Positions 39,333 through 52,930 of a stretch of 64,000 nt of DNA are shown one piece after another. Every line of letters begins with the position of its first letter. Positions within the stretch are counted from its first letter, which is position 1. The DNA comes from Squalus acanthias (lineage: Eukaryota), in assembly GCA_030390025.1 (NCBI GenBank), contig CM059436.1, forward strand, positions 39,308,001-39,372,000, given 5' to 3'. The notes beneath the pieces are model-generated. The model ran no database searches. It saw only the letters and a list, made by a program, of their open reading frames with translations, and was not told where the DNA came from. A program made the translations under genes and the position numbers.

Positions 39333-39333
<1 letters not shown>

Positions 39334-39522
39334 GCTGTACGTGGTCCCTTGTGTAGCTGCTTTCAGATAATAGGGGTCAAACAAGCCCTCTCGCCAGCAC
39401 CACTCCAGTTAAGGTTTCGGACAGTGGCACTGCAGGCTCCATAAAAAACCTCAAATATGCAGATTTTTCAGTTCCACAGGCAACTCCAAGACTGCTGAAT
39501 TGGTCTGATTTAGAAGACTCTC

Positions 39523-39600
39523 TCCTCCCCGCCTTCCCCCACACCACCCGCCACCCACCTCCCCCCCCCCGCCCCCACCACCCACCCCCACCACCCACCT
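39523..39600 (-). repeat. C-run tract (G-quadruplex potential on - strand)
   Basis: Many C3-C9 runs separated by 1-4 nt. Confidence 0.8.
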
Positions 39601-39689
39601 CATCCTGCTCTGCAGATAACTAAACAGCCGTCAGTTTAGTGGCAGTGTTATTAACTGCTTTCTTAAATTCAGCCAGATTCATATAACAT

Positions 39690-40420
39690 CTGTCTGAGGC
39701 TGAACCACACTGTTCGCAACCTTGGTGTCATATTTGACCCTGAAATGAGTTTCCGACCACATATCCGCAGCATAACTAAGAACGCCTATTTCCACCTCCG
39801 TAACATCGCCCGTCTCCGCCCTTGCCTCAGCTCATCCGCTGCTGAAACCCTCATCCATGCCTTTGTTACCTCTAGACTTGACTATTCCAACGCACTCCTG
39901 GCTGGCCTCCCACATTCCACCCTACGTAAACTTGAGGTCATCCAAAACTCGGCTGCCCGTGTCCTAACTCGCACCAAGTCCCGTTCGCCAATCACCCCTG
40001 TGCTCACTGATTTCAAAATTCTCATCCTTGTTTTCAAATCCCTCCATGGCCTCGCCCCTCCCTATCTCTGTAATCTCCTTCAGCCCCACAACCCCCCGAG
40101 ATATCTGTGCTCTTCTAATTCTGCCCTCTTGAGCATCCCTGATTATAATCACTCAACCATTGGTGGCCGTGCCTTCTGTTGCCTAGGCCCTAAGCTCTGG
40201 AATTCCCTGCCTAAACCTGTCCGCCTCGCTACCTCTCTTTCCTCCTTTAAGACGGTCCTTAAAACCTACCTCTTTGACCAAGCTTTTGGTCACCTGCCCT
40301 AATTTCTCCTTATGTGGCTCAGTGTCAATTTTTTTGTCTTTTAATACTCCTGTGAAGCGCCTTGGGACGTTTTACTACATTAAAGGCGCTATATAAGTAC
40401 AAGTTGTTGTTGTTGTTGTT
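39690..40420 (+). mobile_element. L2 LINE, 5'-truncated
   Basis: VRNLGVIFD upstream of ORF 39745-40302 (AYFHLRNIARLR..LIHAFVTSRLDYSNALLAGLP..IQNSAARVLT..GGRAF..GPKLWNSLP..FKTVLKTYLF); (GTT)n tail. Confidence 0.95.
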
Positions 40421-40986
40421 ATTGAGTGACCAATTGGTTAAGTGAGCCCACAGTATTTGCTGTCCAGGAGATGCATTTCGGTTCCTATTATGGCCACGGA
40501 ACAATTTGTTGTGAGTAAATTGTTCCGAGACTTTCTTCTACATGAGGTATGCTATAGAAATGCAATTTGTTATCGTGTAGAATATACAGTAGTTGGGATG
40601 AAGATCACTTGCAAGTATTACGTGACCACCTGACTATTGCCTCTCTTTCCCCCTGGAAAAAAAAATTGCACTTACATGCAACTGATAAAATCCTGCAAGT
40701 TTGATTTTTAATTTGTTTACACTGAAGTTTTCAATAAAAAAAATACTATTACTGCCTTCTGAGAGATATTCTTAGTTCTCTGGGATGTCTGAAACGATGT
40801 TATCTATCAGGTTGAATCTGATACGCATTCTATTCTGGAATGAACTTTATCATGTTAAATCCTGTCACATCAGTGTTTTGGTTTATATAAATAAAAAGCA
40901 CTTTGTGCCTGTCTTGTACTGGTGTAACACGGGTAATGGGACAGTGCAAACATGGGCTTCAAGTGGGATTGGGGTTCACTGTTAAG

Positions 40987-41039
40987 GCTTTACAGCCAAT
41001 GAAGTACTTTTGAAGTGTAGTCACTGGTGTAATGTAGGA
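40987..41039 (-). mobile_element. Short SacSINE1/DeuSINE tail fragment
   Basis: GCTTTACAGCCAATGAAGTACTTTTGAAGTGTAGTCACTGGTGTAATGTAGGA matches 55680-55720. Confidence 0.75.
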
Positions 41040-44000
41040 TATCATTGTGGTGATTTCGATGCCCCAGTAGTGTCATCCTTGCTGAACTTCCAAGGATTCA
41101 GAACTGTAGTAACGTAAATGCTGCAGACGTGGTTGGCAGAATCCACCAGAATCATTCTGGATGCGATCACAAAACTATTAAAAGACATTGATGACTTGAG
41201 ATCACTACTCTGTGTACTTGCATGTTTGATTTGAATTTTGTATTAAATACGTGTACTGCTTATTATATTGTTACATGAATATAAAAAAATATATTCGGAA
41301 AGTGAAGTACAGTGCAAGAACTTTTAGTTTGTGTTCTTAATGGTACTAGTGGTGAAATGAAACCACATGGGAAAGTAGCAAAGGAGATGACAGGAAGTGT
41401 AAAGGCTTGCTTATGCTCTATAAACAGTAACTACCACTTCCACTTTTCATTTTAAACATATTTCTATAATGTGTCAGAAGTAACGTCTCTTTCAAAAGCC
41501 TCAACCGCAGCAGACGTTTAGATCAGGGACACACGAATAAAATGATCTGTGAAATGTGGCCTGGGAGAGAAGGTGATGGGGCTCTGCTTGATTCCTAATT
41601 AATTGACTTTTTTAATTACCCGCATGCTATGCATTATTTGGAGTGCGGGATTAAATGTATTGTAGTGGTTAAAGAGCTATGCCTCATGATTAGCTGATAT
41701 GAAATGGAAAACCACAATTCATTTTGCTAGCTTAAAAAGGCTAAATGATGCATAGATAAAAGTGATGTATTGTGTACTGATATAGTGCATATGTATGCAA
41801 TGTTAGAAGCGCATTGCATTACCCTGCAAATACTTCATGTTCAGTTTGAAGAATCGCAGTTTTTATGAAAATACTAAAAATGAATTAACATGCTATGCAA
41901 GGCTGAATTGCTTATAGCAAGTAAATTACTTAAGTCCCTTTCTTTCCATGCCTTCTGTAGTACTGTAGTGCAGGGACATTAAACAATCATGGTGTACGGG
42001 GTAGCTCTAAATTGATCCAAAGTAAAGAATGTTGCACGTTATTTTTTCCTTAAACATATGTAGATTATTTTTTCCATCATATTAATATTATCATAGGGTT
42101 TAAATGGGGTGAGGATTTTGAATCTATTCCCCTGAATATACCCGTCACTTGATTTAGTGCTGAAGTTGTTAATAGCATCAAAAGCAGACCACCCACAGGC
42201 CAAGAAGAGCTATTAACATATCAAAATGGTAGGGTGCCTGAGACCTGCCACCTTTTTTTTCAACGTGACAGTTGCATTGCCTGATGCACATGGAGATTAT
42301 TTTATCAGTTGCTCATATCAACTGGGCAACAATGTGCCTTCTGAGGGTAAACTCAGTATCTGATGCATGTGGCCTTTCTTTTATTCCCTCCACTTTCTGA
42401 AGATAAGTGCATGTTGGCAGAGTCTGTAGTTGCAGACTAAGAACATTGTCGAAATTCATTGTGCTCTCTGGAAGGAAGCATAGAGTCATTACTGCCCTCT
42501 ATTGTCAGAAATGGAATAGCAGGATATTTTAGCGACCAGTGTTAAAGCTACTCATCGCAGCTTAATAGCACGACATTCCTGGAATATCTGCTGCTGCTGC
42601 TCAAATTAAATTAAATAATACTCCAAAGCTTTTTGGCCAAAATAACCAGCATAACTTTTTTATTGATGAGACACAAAATATTTATCAACATCAAATGAGA
42701 CTATTACTTGTTGGTGATTATTAAAAATATTTATGGTTTATTAATTCACTAGTGTTCTAAATACAGAGGATGCAAGATGTGGGTAAAAATTATGATTACA
42801 ACACTGGCTTTGCAAGTAAGATGGATGTAAACTCAAAATTGCAGGTGATTCAGAAGTCCATCTGCAGTATGTTTTGGGTACAGTCTGTAATCAGTAGAAA
42901 CATTCCTCTAAGCCATTGGTTACAAAACACTTGGCAAGCACTTTTCAAAAGCACAATTTTACATATTAGGTCAATATTGTTTTTGTTTTTTGTGTTGTTT
43001 CCCCCTCCCAAAATACTTAAAACTCCTGATGATGATGATGGCAGCAAGAGACTGTTCAAAATAAAATTTGCCTTCCATTGCTAAAATGCACATGAAGACG
43101 AAATGTAAGGAACATAATGATGCAAATGGACAATAATACTCAATTCATCACTTTGCCGATTAATGTACCCAGGTGCTTATTAATTGCTTGGGTAATGTTG
43201 ATCTGTGTAATGTGTGTTTGTGGTCTTAATGTTCTTGCATACTTTCAGCAACTATATTAATGACAGTCCTAAAATGAAGTGTGTTTGGATTATTTCTAGC
43301 ATTCACAAGCTGAACAGTTGATTTTTTCTTCTCGGTTTTACGACAGTAGAAATTTGAGCTGTTAAAGGCTCTTCGAATTGTAAATAGGTATTTATATGGT
43401 ATTTATCTACTCACTATTTCTTGGATACAATGGTCTATTCTACAATATTGTATTGAGTTAAACTAGTACTTTTTAGGATTGTGTTGAATATTTTGCATTT
43501 GTGGTTCAAATAGATCTATGATCACATAAGAACATGTCTGTGTCTACTTTAACCCTTATAGCATGGCAAGAATGACTGCACCAGACTTAAAGGGCAAAGC
43601 AAACCACAACATTTACATCCATTAGAATAGGATTTTTTTTAATTGGCTGATTGCTGCGCGTATTTAATGCTGCGCTCTATATTAGGTTTTTGAATTTACA
43701 GATCATTAGTGCACACAGAGTATGGCAGGAAAAGTTAATATTTTCAAAGGGCATTCAGTACTTTATGGGTTAACATACCTGTAGTGGTGTGTTTGCCATT
43801 AATGGAGCAACCAATATTAATCTGAATTAATTAGAAATTAATATCCTATGTGCACCAGTGTGATAACATATTTATACAATTTGTGGTCTACTTCCCACAA
43901 TAAACAAGTGTTCTGCCTGCTTGGGAGTAAGAGTCGTACAGATCTGATATCACACCGATAATATTTAGAACAATAAAAGTGCTAGGAAATGCATTTGCTT

Positions 44001-47000
44001 TCCTTGTATTAATGTAGTTTATTGCTTTTTTGGAGATTTTATGTTGGCGCTTGCGTCAGTGGGACAGAAAGTTATGCAGCACAGTGCAATGATATGTTTT
44101 TAAAGTGCGCTGTTTCTGTGGCATGCTGCTAAAATTCTTTGTGCCCCCCTGCCCCCCGCCCTCCATGAAGGTGTGGTATTTTTGCACAGTAGACATTACT
44201 GTGGTCACTATGCTACTTCCATTGTAGCTCCATTGAACAATGACATGTTTGCACTGGCTTTGTGAAGAAATGCATTCTGTATACAAATACACAGCAGATT
44301 GCTTATGCTTTCCTCTGTGCTTATTGTCAAACATTGGGTTAATGTAAAGTTTGTGTTCAGAAAGGATGCAGAATTCTCACACTGACGAGTGCAAAGTGGC
44401 TGGGTCTATGCCGAGGCAGATTTTGCAGGTTCTGTTGGTACATGCTGTGGCCAGTTGACACAACTCCACCAAAAAACAGGATCCGACACAAATAAATGTG
44501 AAATGTGTCGGGCTGGTCAATACCATATGATCCAGGCCATTGCACATGATAACATTTCTTCTAAGCAGCACATCACAGATGAAATAGATTGTAGGTACGT
44601 ACTGTCAGTACAGCATATAACAATATCAAGGGCCGGTCATGTGCGATTGATGGAGCTAGGTGCACGGTTGCTCCTCCCGTTTGTAAACAGAAAAGATTTA
44701 AAAAATGTTTTGTCATTAAATATGTGCAACCGCCTTTTAAAGGGACGGGTCGGAACTAAAATAAACATCTTGTTTCTATTTAAAATGTTCTCTCGGATGA
44801 TTTGAAAGTCAAAGGGGCTGGGTGCAGCCATGTCGTGTTTTATCTGAAGAACTGTAAGTGTGGCGTCAGGAGAGTGTGTGTTTCTGGACTGTGAAAATCT
44901 GGGGAAAGACCATGCTTATACTGCCTATACAATGCCAGGACCTTCTAATGTGACAGCATAATACAGTTTGCAAGTACCATTTGAATGCCATGTTTTTTGT
45001 GTGCGAGTCCTGGCGGGTGAAATGCAATATCATTAAGTCGCTGCGTTTGATTTGAACGTTAGATAAGTTGAATTTAAATTATAAGATGAAAATGTATGAA
45101 AACTAGAAACACGTGAAGTGCAGAAGTTTAGTCTATGAATAATTTTTCATTGTGTTAATTGTAGGTGTTAGACTTGCCGAATCTACAAAGTGTAGCAAAA
45201 ATTACTAGCGCTTGGTCTTTGGTTGCATGGTAAATATATATAGGCATTTATTTATTAAATCTGCACACAATGAAACCGCATATTGATGAAATCTACAAAC
45301 GCAGTTGAACCTGGTCTTCAGCCATACAGTAATTAGGCAGAAATCTTTTTTGTTAAATATTTTCAACTTGTATTGAGTGATTACCAAATCTTCAGGAAAC
45401 ACTTGCAAGAAAGCAACTGCCAGCAACACTGCGTCTGCCGAATGGTTAATTTAACATCAGAAGCAATTCTGAGACAGCCTTGCTTTTGGACAGTAAAAAG
45501 GGTTTACATTGGGTTAACGGAATGCAGGGAGACAGCCAGCTGTTGGAGCTCGCATTATTTGAAGGAGACCATGATTGGAGGAGCTGTATTTCAGAACAGT
45601 TTCTGCAATGGCTTTGACGCCGGTTAGCCTTTCTACAATTGCTTCAAGCCACATTGTCGTATTGCTCTGTAGCAAGCAATTCATGTCAACACAGTAAAGA
45701 TATTGGTGTTTGCACAGGGGAAGTATTTGTCATCATACTTCTAGTGGATCCTTAGTTTTCAAGTTAGGTACGAAGGCGTATAAGGCCCCCCTATTAAATT
45801 CTCCCTAATCATGATTCCTGAACTCTCAGCTTTATTCTAAATTTGCAAGGGAGAGAAAAAAGCTGCCACTTTGCAAAATTTAGCAAAAGTGCAAGTAATG
45901 TAGCTGGATCAATATGTAAAACCTATTAACCAATCCAGACTTTTAAATTTTAAAAAGGTAAAAATGACAAGAGAGCCCTTGGTAAAAGCAGCTTTCAGGT
46001 TATGGTGCAGTCTGTATTTAGATTTTAATCTATTTTTGTTTTTAAAACATAGAATGGTGCTTGCCTTTAAATTGTTTTGAGTGAAGCTATACAGATCTGA
46101 CTTCTGGGAAACACAGTTTAGTTTTCAAAAGAGTAAAAAAAGCCATTGTGTATTTTATATAAAAAGATGTTAAAAGGACTTCCTGTAGTGCTGTCAGTAA
46201 ATATATATCATGAGATTTTCATTCTAGGCTACAGGAATTTTATTGAGAATACTAGAGGCAAAGTAATGGTAATAAACCTGTAGTAAAATAAATTCTGTTA
46301 GCACAATCTGTCATTTTTACAGTAACTTCTGCAAAGAAGCAAATGAACATTGTCCCTTTAAGCTTTTTCATGCAGTGTTTTAAGACTAATAGAAAATTGT
46401 GCTTTAAATGCTGTACTGTATATGGTTGTGGAATTTTGTCTCCCTCCTCCCAGTTTAGTGACTTCCCGCCTACTGTACCTGCATTGCTTCCCTCAGCCAG
46501 TGTAGGAATTGTCCTGTCTGCAGTGCTTTGCTCTGAGTGGCTACAATCCCACCAATGCGATGACTGGTGAGGTCGGGGATTGCATATGTAAAGACCTGCT
46601 TCATATTAATAAGCTACAATCGGGACTTTAAGACCTTGATTAGGAGAGTGCGAGCCTGGTCCCAGCTGGCTTTGCCTATAGGCTGTCACCAGAGAACATT
46701 TGTGTTAATTGCGCCACTCTGTCAGGGAACTTTGATTTATTGCCAGGAGTGTGGGCTCGAATAATGGTGCTGAGCGCACATGGATTTGGTAGAACTTTGT
46801 CTCCCTGAATCTTTTTCTCTCCACTACGACGAAGAGTAGGTACACTTTTTTTTACATTCTGGGCTTTTTGCTTTGCAGGGCTGTAGGGGATTTGTTGTAT
46901 ATGTGTATGTCCCTGTGTGTCTGTGCTGCCTGCTTGCATGTTTTGTGCCAGGATTACGTCCTACTCTTCAGTGCAACGGATGTTCTCTGAATTATCTCCA

Positions 47001-47146
47001 GATTCCCAGAAGCAGTCTACTGTTACTGCATATTGTGCTGCTATTTGTAATTTAGCCAAAGATGTGAGAAAGCCAAAGGAATGGGCAAGGTTTCTGCTGT
47101 CAAATGCTATATATATTTTGTGTATGTGTGTGTGTATCTATTTATC

Positions 47147-47168
47147 TATATATATATATATATATATA
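47147..47168. repeat. (TA)n microsatellite
   Basis: About 11 TA units, preceded by a short (TG)n. Confidence 0.95.
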
Positions 47169-47377
47169 CACATTTTTTAACGTTTAATTTTAAGGGGATG
47201 TGAGGATACTTTTTTTTAAAAAAAAAGCTTTGTTGATTTTTTGCTCTAAAAGCTAATTTGTACGATTGTTTTTTATAATCTGCTTAATGTAGTTGCATCC
47301 AAATGAAATTTGTACACTAGGCTTTTGTTTCTGAATCTAAGGGGAGATTTTTAACTGTGGCAGCTTGCAGCAAACAA

Positions 47378-47419
47378 GGTGGTGGGGTGGGGGGGGGGGG
47401 GGTGGGGGCGGGTGGGGGG
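47378..47419 (+). repeat. G-run tract (G-quadruplex forming)
   Basis: Five runs of three or more G with single-base loops. Confidence 0.85.
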
Positions 47420-48339
47420 AACTGTACCTTGATCTCTGTTAGCTGACAACTTGTCTCAAGTTCTCTCACTTTTCATTGTATCATTCATCTCTTTAAATGA
47501 TCGCCTCAGTTCAAGTCAGCAACAGGCTCGGGGTATAGGAAGAACGTCACAAACCTGTATGAAAATACCTTCACATCTCGAAATGCCTCGAATGGAGTTT
47601 TCTCCTGCTGTTCAGCTGCTTTTGCATATTTGCACAGAGCTTTAAATATTGCAAGAGGTCAGATGTTCCATTTGAAAGATGTAGGATGTACACTGTGACA
47701 ACCTTGCATTTACAGGAAGGATGGCTATTTAGTGTGTTCATTTGAATGTATTTTGCTGCACTCTTTTGTTGTCAGAGCCTCCTGTGCTACAGTAATTAAC
47801 CTGCAGTAAAAATAAAACCCTTGTGACTCCTGATTTCATTCCCTCCCAAAGCTTTTTTTATTAACAAGTCCCTGGCTTTGTGTTCGCCAAACCTTACCGA
47901 GCTGCAGAAGCCTACCTATAATATTTTAATTGGAGAGACTGAGGGAAAAAAACAATATATTTTTGATCTGCTCAGAGTGTGTGTCTGTGCCACTGTGGTT
48001 AAGCTCTCCAGAGGAAATAGGCGATTACACTGAAGCAGTTTGTGCAGTATTATCTCTTTTACATTCACTCGCCTTGTATTAAATTGTCATTGTCCTAAAC
48101 CGAGAAAGAAATGAATTGCAGCTTTCAATACTGCCTGACAGTGAAATATTTACCCCCTGTGTCCCCAATCATACTTCACGTGTGTTTGATAGTGTGGCTT
48201 TGACATGAACAATCTCGCTGGCTTGATGCTCAGTTATTGCATCTTCCTTTGCTTTTCCCTCCCTGGACTTTAAGCGACAAAAAAGTTGCGCATCAGATTC
48301 CTAACATCACTTTCTCTCCCCGCCACATTTCTGTTAAAA

Positions 48340-48640
48340 TGCCTGTTATCAAGTGTCACCTCAAATGTAAGCGAAATGTAAACTGATACAAGCCACATTA
48401 AAGGGCGGTGCAGCGAGGCAGATTTAGCTTTGCTTGACAAAATGGCCTTTCCTTAAATGACCGCTCAAGCTGTCATGGCGCGAGCCGGGCGCGTTTGTTC
48501 GTTGCGGCGGCCGCTTTACTGTACCCATATGGAGCTATGTAATTGGCTTCAGATTGTATTAGTCAGTAGAGCCTTACAGATCAGCACTGTCAGGTTTTAA
48601 CATTAGTATGAATGACACCTGTCCAATCAATCATGTGGCC
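48340..48640. promoter_or_regulatory. Candidate enhancer / conserved non-coding element with a small CpG cluster
   Basis: Non-TE CpG cluster 48461-48514 (GCGGCCGC at 48507); MEIS-type CTGTCA at 48470 and 48587; PBX-HOX TGATTGATTG on the - strand at 48624-48633. Confidence 0.45.
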
Positions 48641-51600
48641 ACAGCTCCACAGATGGAATGGGTCTTGCCTGCTTCAACATGCTGCTGAATCACAGCACAC
48701 ACTTGGCTTAATTTGTATTATTGTTCTTTCTGGAAATCAAGAGGAAAGGTTCATTCCACACTTAAGGGCAGTGCTCAGACATAAAGTGCATATATGGGGG
48801 GTGGGTGGAGATAGCTGGCGTAATGGCAAGTGCTATAATTGGCTTTACTGTGTTAAACTAATCCCAGCAGGTTACACAGATAAGACATTTCAGAACAAGT
48901 ATATGTCCAGCTTCACTTGAGGCCCAATGCCGCTGTTGTCCAGTTGTCCAGTCTGCAAATTCTCAAGCAGATAACTCAAGGGGTGACTTTATACCTCACT
49001 GCTGCTAAAGATTCACCTTTCTATCTTGTCTTTTCTTAGGCTATTCTGCCTGTTAATGCATTATTCTTTGTCTAACTTATAAATTACCTTGATGTATATG
49101 TATATATTTTTTAAATACTTTTGCACAAGATATTAAAACACAAACATTAGAAATAGCATTAACTCGGTATATTTTTATGCTCATTTCAATAATTTACGTA
49201 AAACATGCATTTAATATTTAACTGGGCAAAGGCTCCAGCGTTTATTAATTGTGGTTACAGTCTGTTTGTAATACTTTTTTTTATCATGATGGTGCCTCAG
49301 ATAACATAGAAAGTACCAAATGTTTTAACTGTAGTAATTGTCCTGTTCAGCTACTCGGTAAAATGATGAGAGCTTTGAAATGTTGATATATTTTGAACAG
49401 GCACGAGCAATCATTTCTGGAGGCAGCTTGTTACCCAGTGTGAATAAAATGCCAAGTTTTACATCAGTGAAACTCAATGATTCATACTTCGGATTTCAAT
49501 TCAAACAGCGGTAAGCCACACTATGGCATCTCAGTGTTTGAATTTTTTTTTTCCTTGCGACAGTGTTGGATAATTCAACCGAGGAGACATGCGTAAAATG
49601 ACTACCTTTTCCCAAAGTCAATTTAGTGCAGCTATTTCATTTTCATTCAGTCTGCTTTAGGCAAGCATGCAATCCAGAGGGTTATTTTTTCAATTTGTTA
49701 CAGTAAGAATATTAAAGAATCCATTTTTAAGCACTAAGATTTTATTTTTTATATACCCCAAAAAGTTTAAAAGCTATTTCAAATAGTTAAAGGCTATTTT
49801 ATTTTTTAAAGATTTTATTTTTAAAAAGGGGGTTTACATGCAAAAGCTTATAAGTTCGAGTAATTCAATAATGCTTCAGCTGGCTGCTGCTGCTGAACTC
49901 CAGAATAGTCCCCGTGGATTTTGTAATTAATATATGGACCTTTTTGTCAAGTTCTTTTTTTTAATTCCTCAGCTCAAGCTTGGGTAGGAAGCCAGATTTT
50001 AATTTTATGTTGGACAGTATAATCTTCAATTGTGGCCACAGTAGACCTTCAAACAGTTATGTTTTGTTAGCACATTTTGAAGGAACAGCAACCACTGCAG
50101 TGATCCTTATTCTTTTTAATCAGCATCATAAATTGCAATTTAGTCCCCTGTATGTGCCTCAAATTTGTCTTGACAGAATGATGCTGGTGTTCAGTAGCAT
50201 GTCACCAAAACCCATCTCACAAAGCACTGATAAAGGCAGATGCTAGTTAGCCCTGACGGAGTGCAGGAATGTAGCCATTCTGTGCCAATAGCTGCAACTT
50301 TCATCCTTGTGGAAGGCAGCAGGTCATACCCTTATTATTTTTGTTCTTTTATTTCCCCTTTTTTCCCTTCCAGATTGAGCACAGTGAGTTGGGTTAGGTC
50401 AGGTTGTTTGTGTGCACGATATAGGTTACTCCCTAAAACAAAACAGTTAGGTCGAAATCTAGTCAGCAGCTGGTGTGCGCAATGCAAGAAACAGGTTTGC
50501 GCCAGAAAGATGTGGACAACCCAAACAGACCAAACCAAAGCGAGAAGCGTTCTTCCGCTGGGTTCGGTTTGTTTCCTAAACAAAGAGCAGGGTACTAAAG
50601 GAAGGTCTCCGCCCTACTAGGTAAAAAAAATTGTCCAAGAATTATTTTTTGTTTCCAATGTTTATTCAAATCTTTCAATCTTTCCAAAAAAGAAAAATCA
50701 GATCATCAAATTAATACTGACTTGAATCTGAAATGGGTTTGCTGGTATGTTTTTTAAAGTGTGCTGGTTCAAGCTCTTATTTTATTTGGATTACAAATAT
50801 ACTTGATGTGAAGCAGTTTCCGATACATGTCAACGGGAAAGGTACAGTATAACTCCAGACTCTCAAATCCACTGAAGCCAAATGCCATACCACTTGGGCT
50901 GGGAGTCGGGTGCATTATAACTCCAATCTGACTTGAGTCTGGGTTTAAAAAGTGCTACGGTGGTCTGTTGGAAGATCTAGCTACTTTATAAACTTAATAT
51001 TGGGTCTTTTTAATGTTATGAGAAATTGGATGCTCCAGCCCACTCTCCCCTAATGTTAAAACACACACCAGGCGAGGAGAGCTTTATCCTGGCATGCAAA
51101 ATGTGATTTGCAGTCTGCAGTATAACTTCAGTCTAGCCAGCTGTAGTTCATACTTTACAGCTACTGGTCTTAGACCCGGTAGTACAACTTTAGAGATTTA
51201 ATCAAAGAAGAAGAGCACACCCGATTAAAACTTGAGGACAAAATTCTTTTAAAGAAAGCATGCTTTGAGACCCTTAAGAAGGAAAGGAAGTAGATTACAA
51301 TACATGGGTGACTTATACCCTTTCAGGTTTAGCAATTTATGGAGATATTATGGACAAACGCACTCACCATTTTAAGCATGTACTTATCTGCTCATTAAGG
51401 TGATGAAAAACCTGCAATTCTTGAAAGACATGCACATCTATAGGTGTCCATACAGCCATATGTATATTCTCCAGTCTTCCCTAGGTTCACCTTAAATCAA
51501 ATCATTTCAGCTGGACTGTTTAAACGTAAAGCATACATTTTAAGGTTAGCTATCATTTCATTACTGTAGAGAATAGTATTATTATTAATCTTGCAACAGT

Positions 51601-52930
51601 TATTTAGTCATCCCTTGACAAAATAGGACAGCGTTGGAGACCTTTGGTCAACGCACAGTTTTCAAGATGAAATAGAAGAGTCCAAAAAAAAAGCAGAATT
51701 TCAGATGAAGATTGGTTTCTGCTGGATTGACGCTAATATACCTGGAAGGAAGCTAGTTCGTGCTGAAGCATCCAGCGTCAGACAGGGCTGTGTGCCATCT
51801 GTCCCACCTGCTGCATAGTTTGTCCATCTGGTTATTCAGAGTGTGCTTTGTGGGTTTTACCGGAGCAGCTTCAGTGCCAATAGGCAAGCAAGCAGAGTAA
51901 ATTATTTAAGCAGCCAATGTAAACTGAAAGCTCTCACCCTAGATGCTGGGGATTGTGTTAAATGCTTGAAAGCTTCTATTTGCATATAGATTTAGATACA
52001 GTATATAGATCATAGAGGAGATTACAACCAAATTATCTTTATCTGGATTGTTACAGGACATTTTTCTTGTCTGTATTGGGTAACAGCAGGAATATTTCTG
52101 GATGGTATTTTTTGTTTTGCAGGAAGAGGAAGTTAAAAGGAGGTGATTTATTTGCAGCGTAGTAGCCCTTTAACAGAGCACTAAGTGTTAGCGAATTTGC
52201 TAGAACCTCTTTAGAATGTCAAGTCTGCGCATTTTATTATTCCCTGTCATCAACTTACTTGCTGAGCAGTCTCTGCAAATCTGATAGGGGATTTCAAATG
52301 GAAAAGAAACAATTGGAAAACATAGAACTAAAAGAGGGGAAATAAATCAAACAAGGAGTTTAAAGACAACACATCTATCTAGTCCATATGTCTGTGTTCC
52401 ACATAGTTCAAAGAGAAATGCACTGGTGAGTGTCTGAAACGCTTGAATTTTTTGTTAGTGGTTCAAAGGTACATTTTGAATGCCCTGTACCAACCGTATT
52501 CTTTTTAATTGGAGTGGATATATAAACTTATTTTTAAAAGTTCACCGAGTTAAGTGCAATAAATTCCTCATTTCACCAGTTAGGACATGAGCCACTGCCT
52601 CAAAGCAAAATGTGTTATAGCTGAACATTTTAGCAAAAAAAAATGTAACTTTTAATTTTTTTTATTTTGCAGGGACAGGGGGAGGTAGAAACTTTACTTT
52701 TCTTGATGTAACATTGTAAAAGCTCCTGTCACAACTCAAAACCGATATAATTTCAGAACAGCAATGTATTGTTAAGTCACTTTTTCAGATAACTTTGACT
52801 AAGCCTACATGGGTTTTAATGCACATTGAATTGACAGTTGTAAATGCTGTAATAATTCCAAGAGCTGAAAATTCTAACTATCTGAGGTCTGAGACTTGCT
52901 GCTTTTGAACCTGGAATCTACAGAAAGTAT

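Noticed and set aside
44361-44805. 138-aa ORF and an exon-like segment (TTCAG acceptor at 44360, TAG|GTACGT donor near 44594) with an 8-bp stem at 44483-44511
   Set aside because: All three frames from the acceptor hit stops and the peptide has no recognisable homology; better treated as CNE-like sequence
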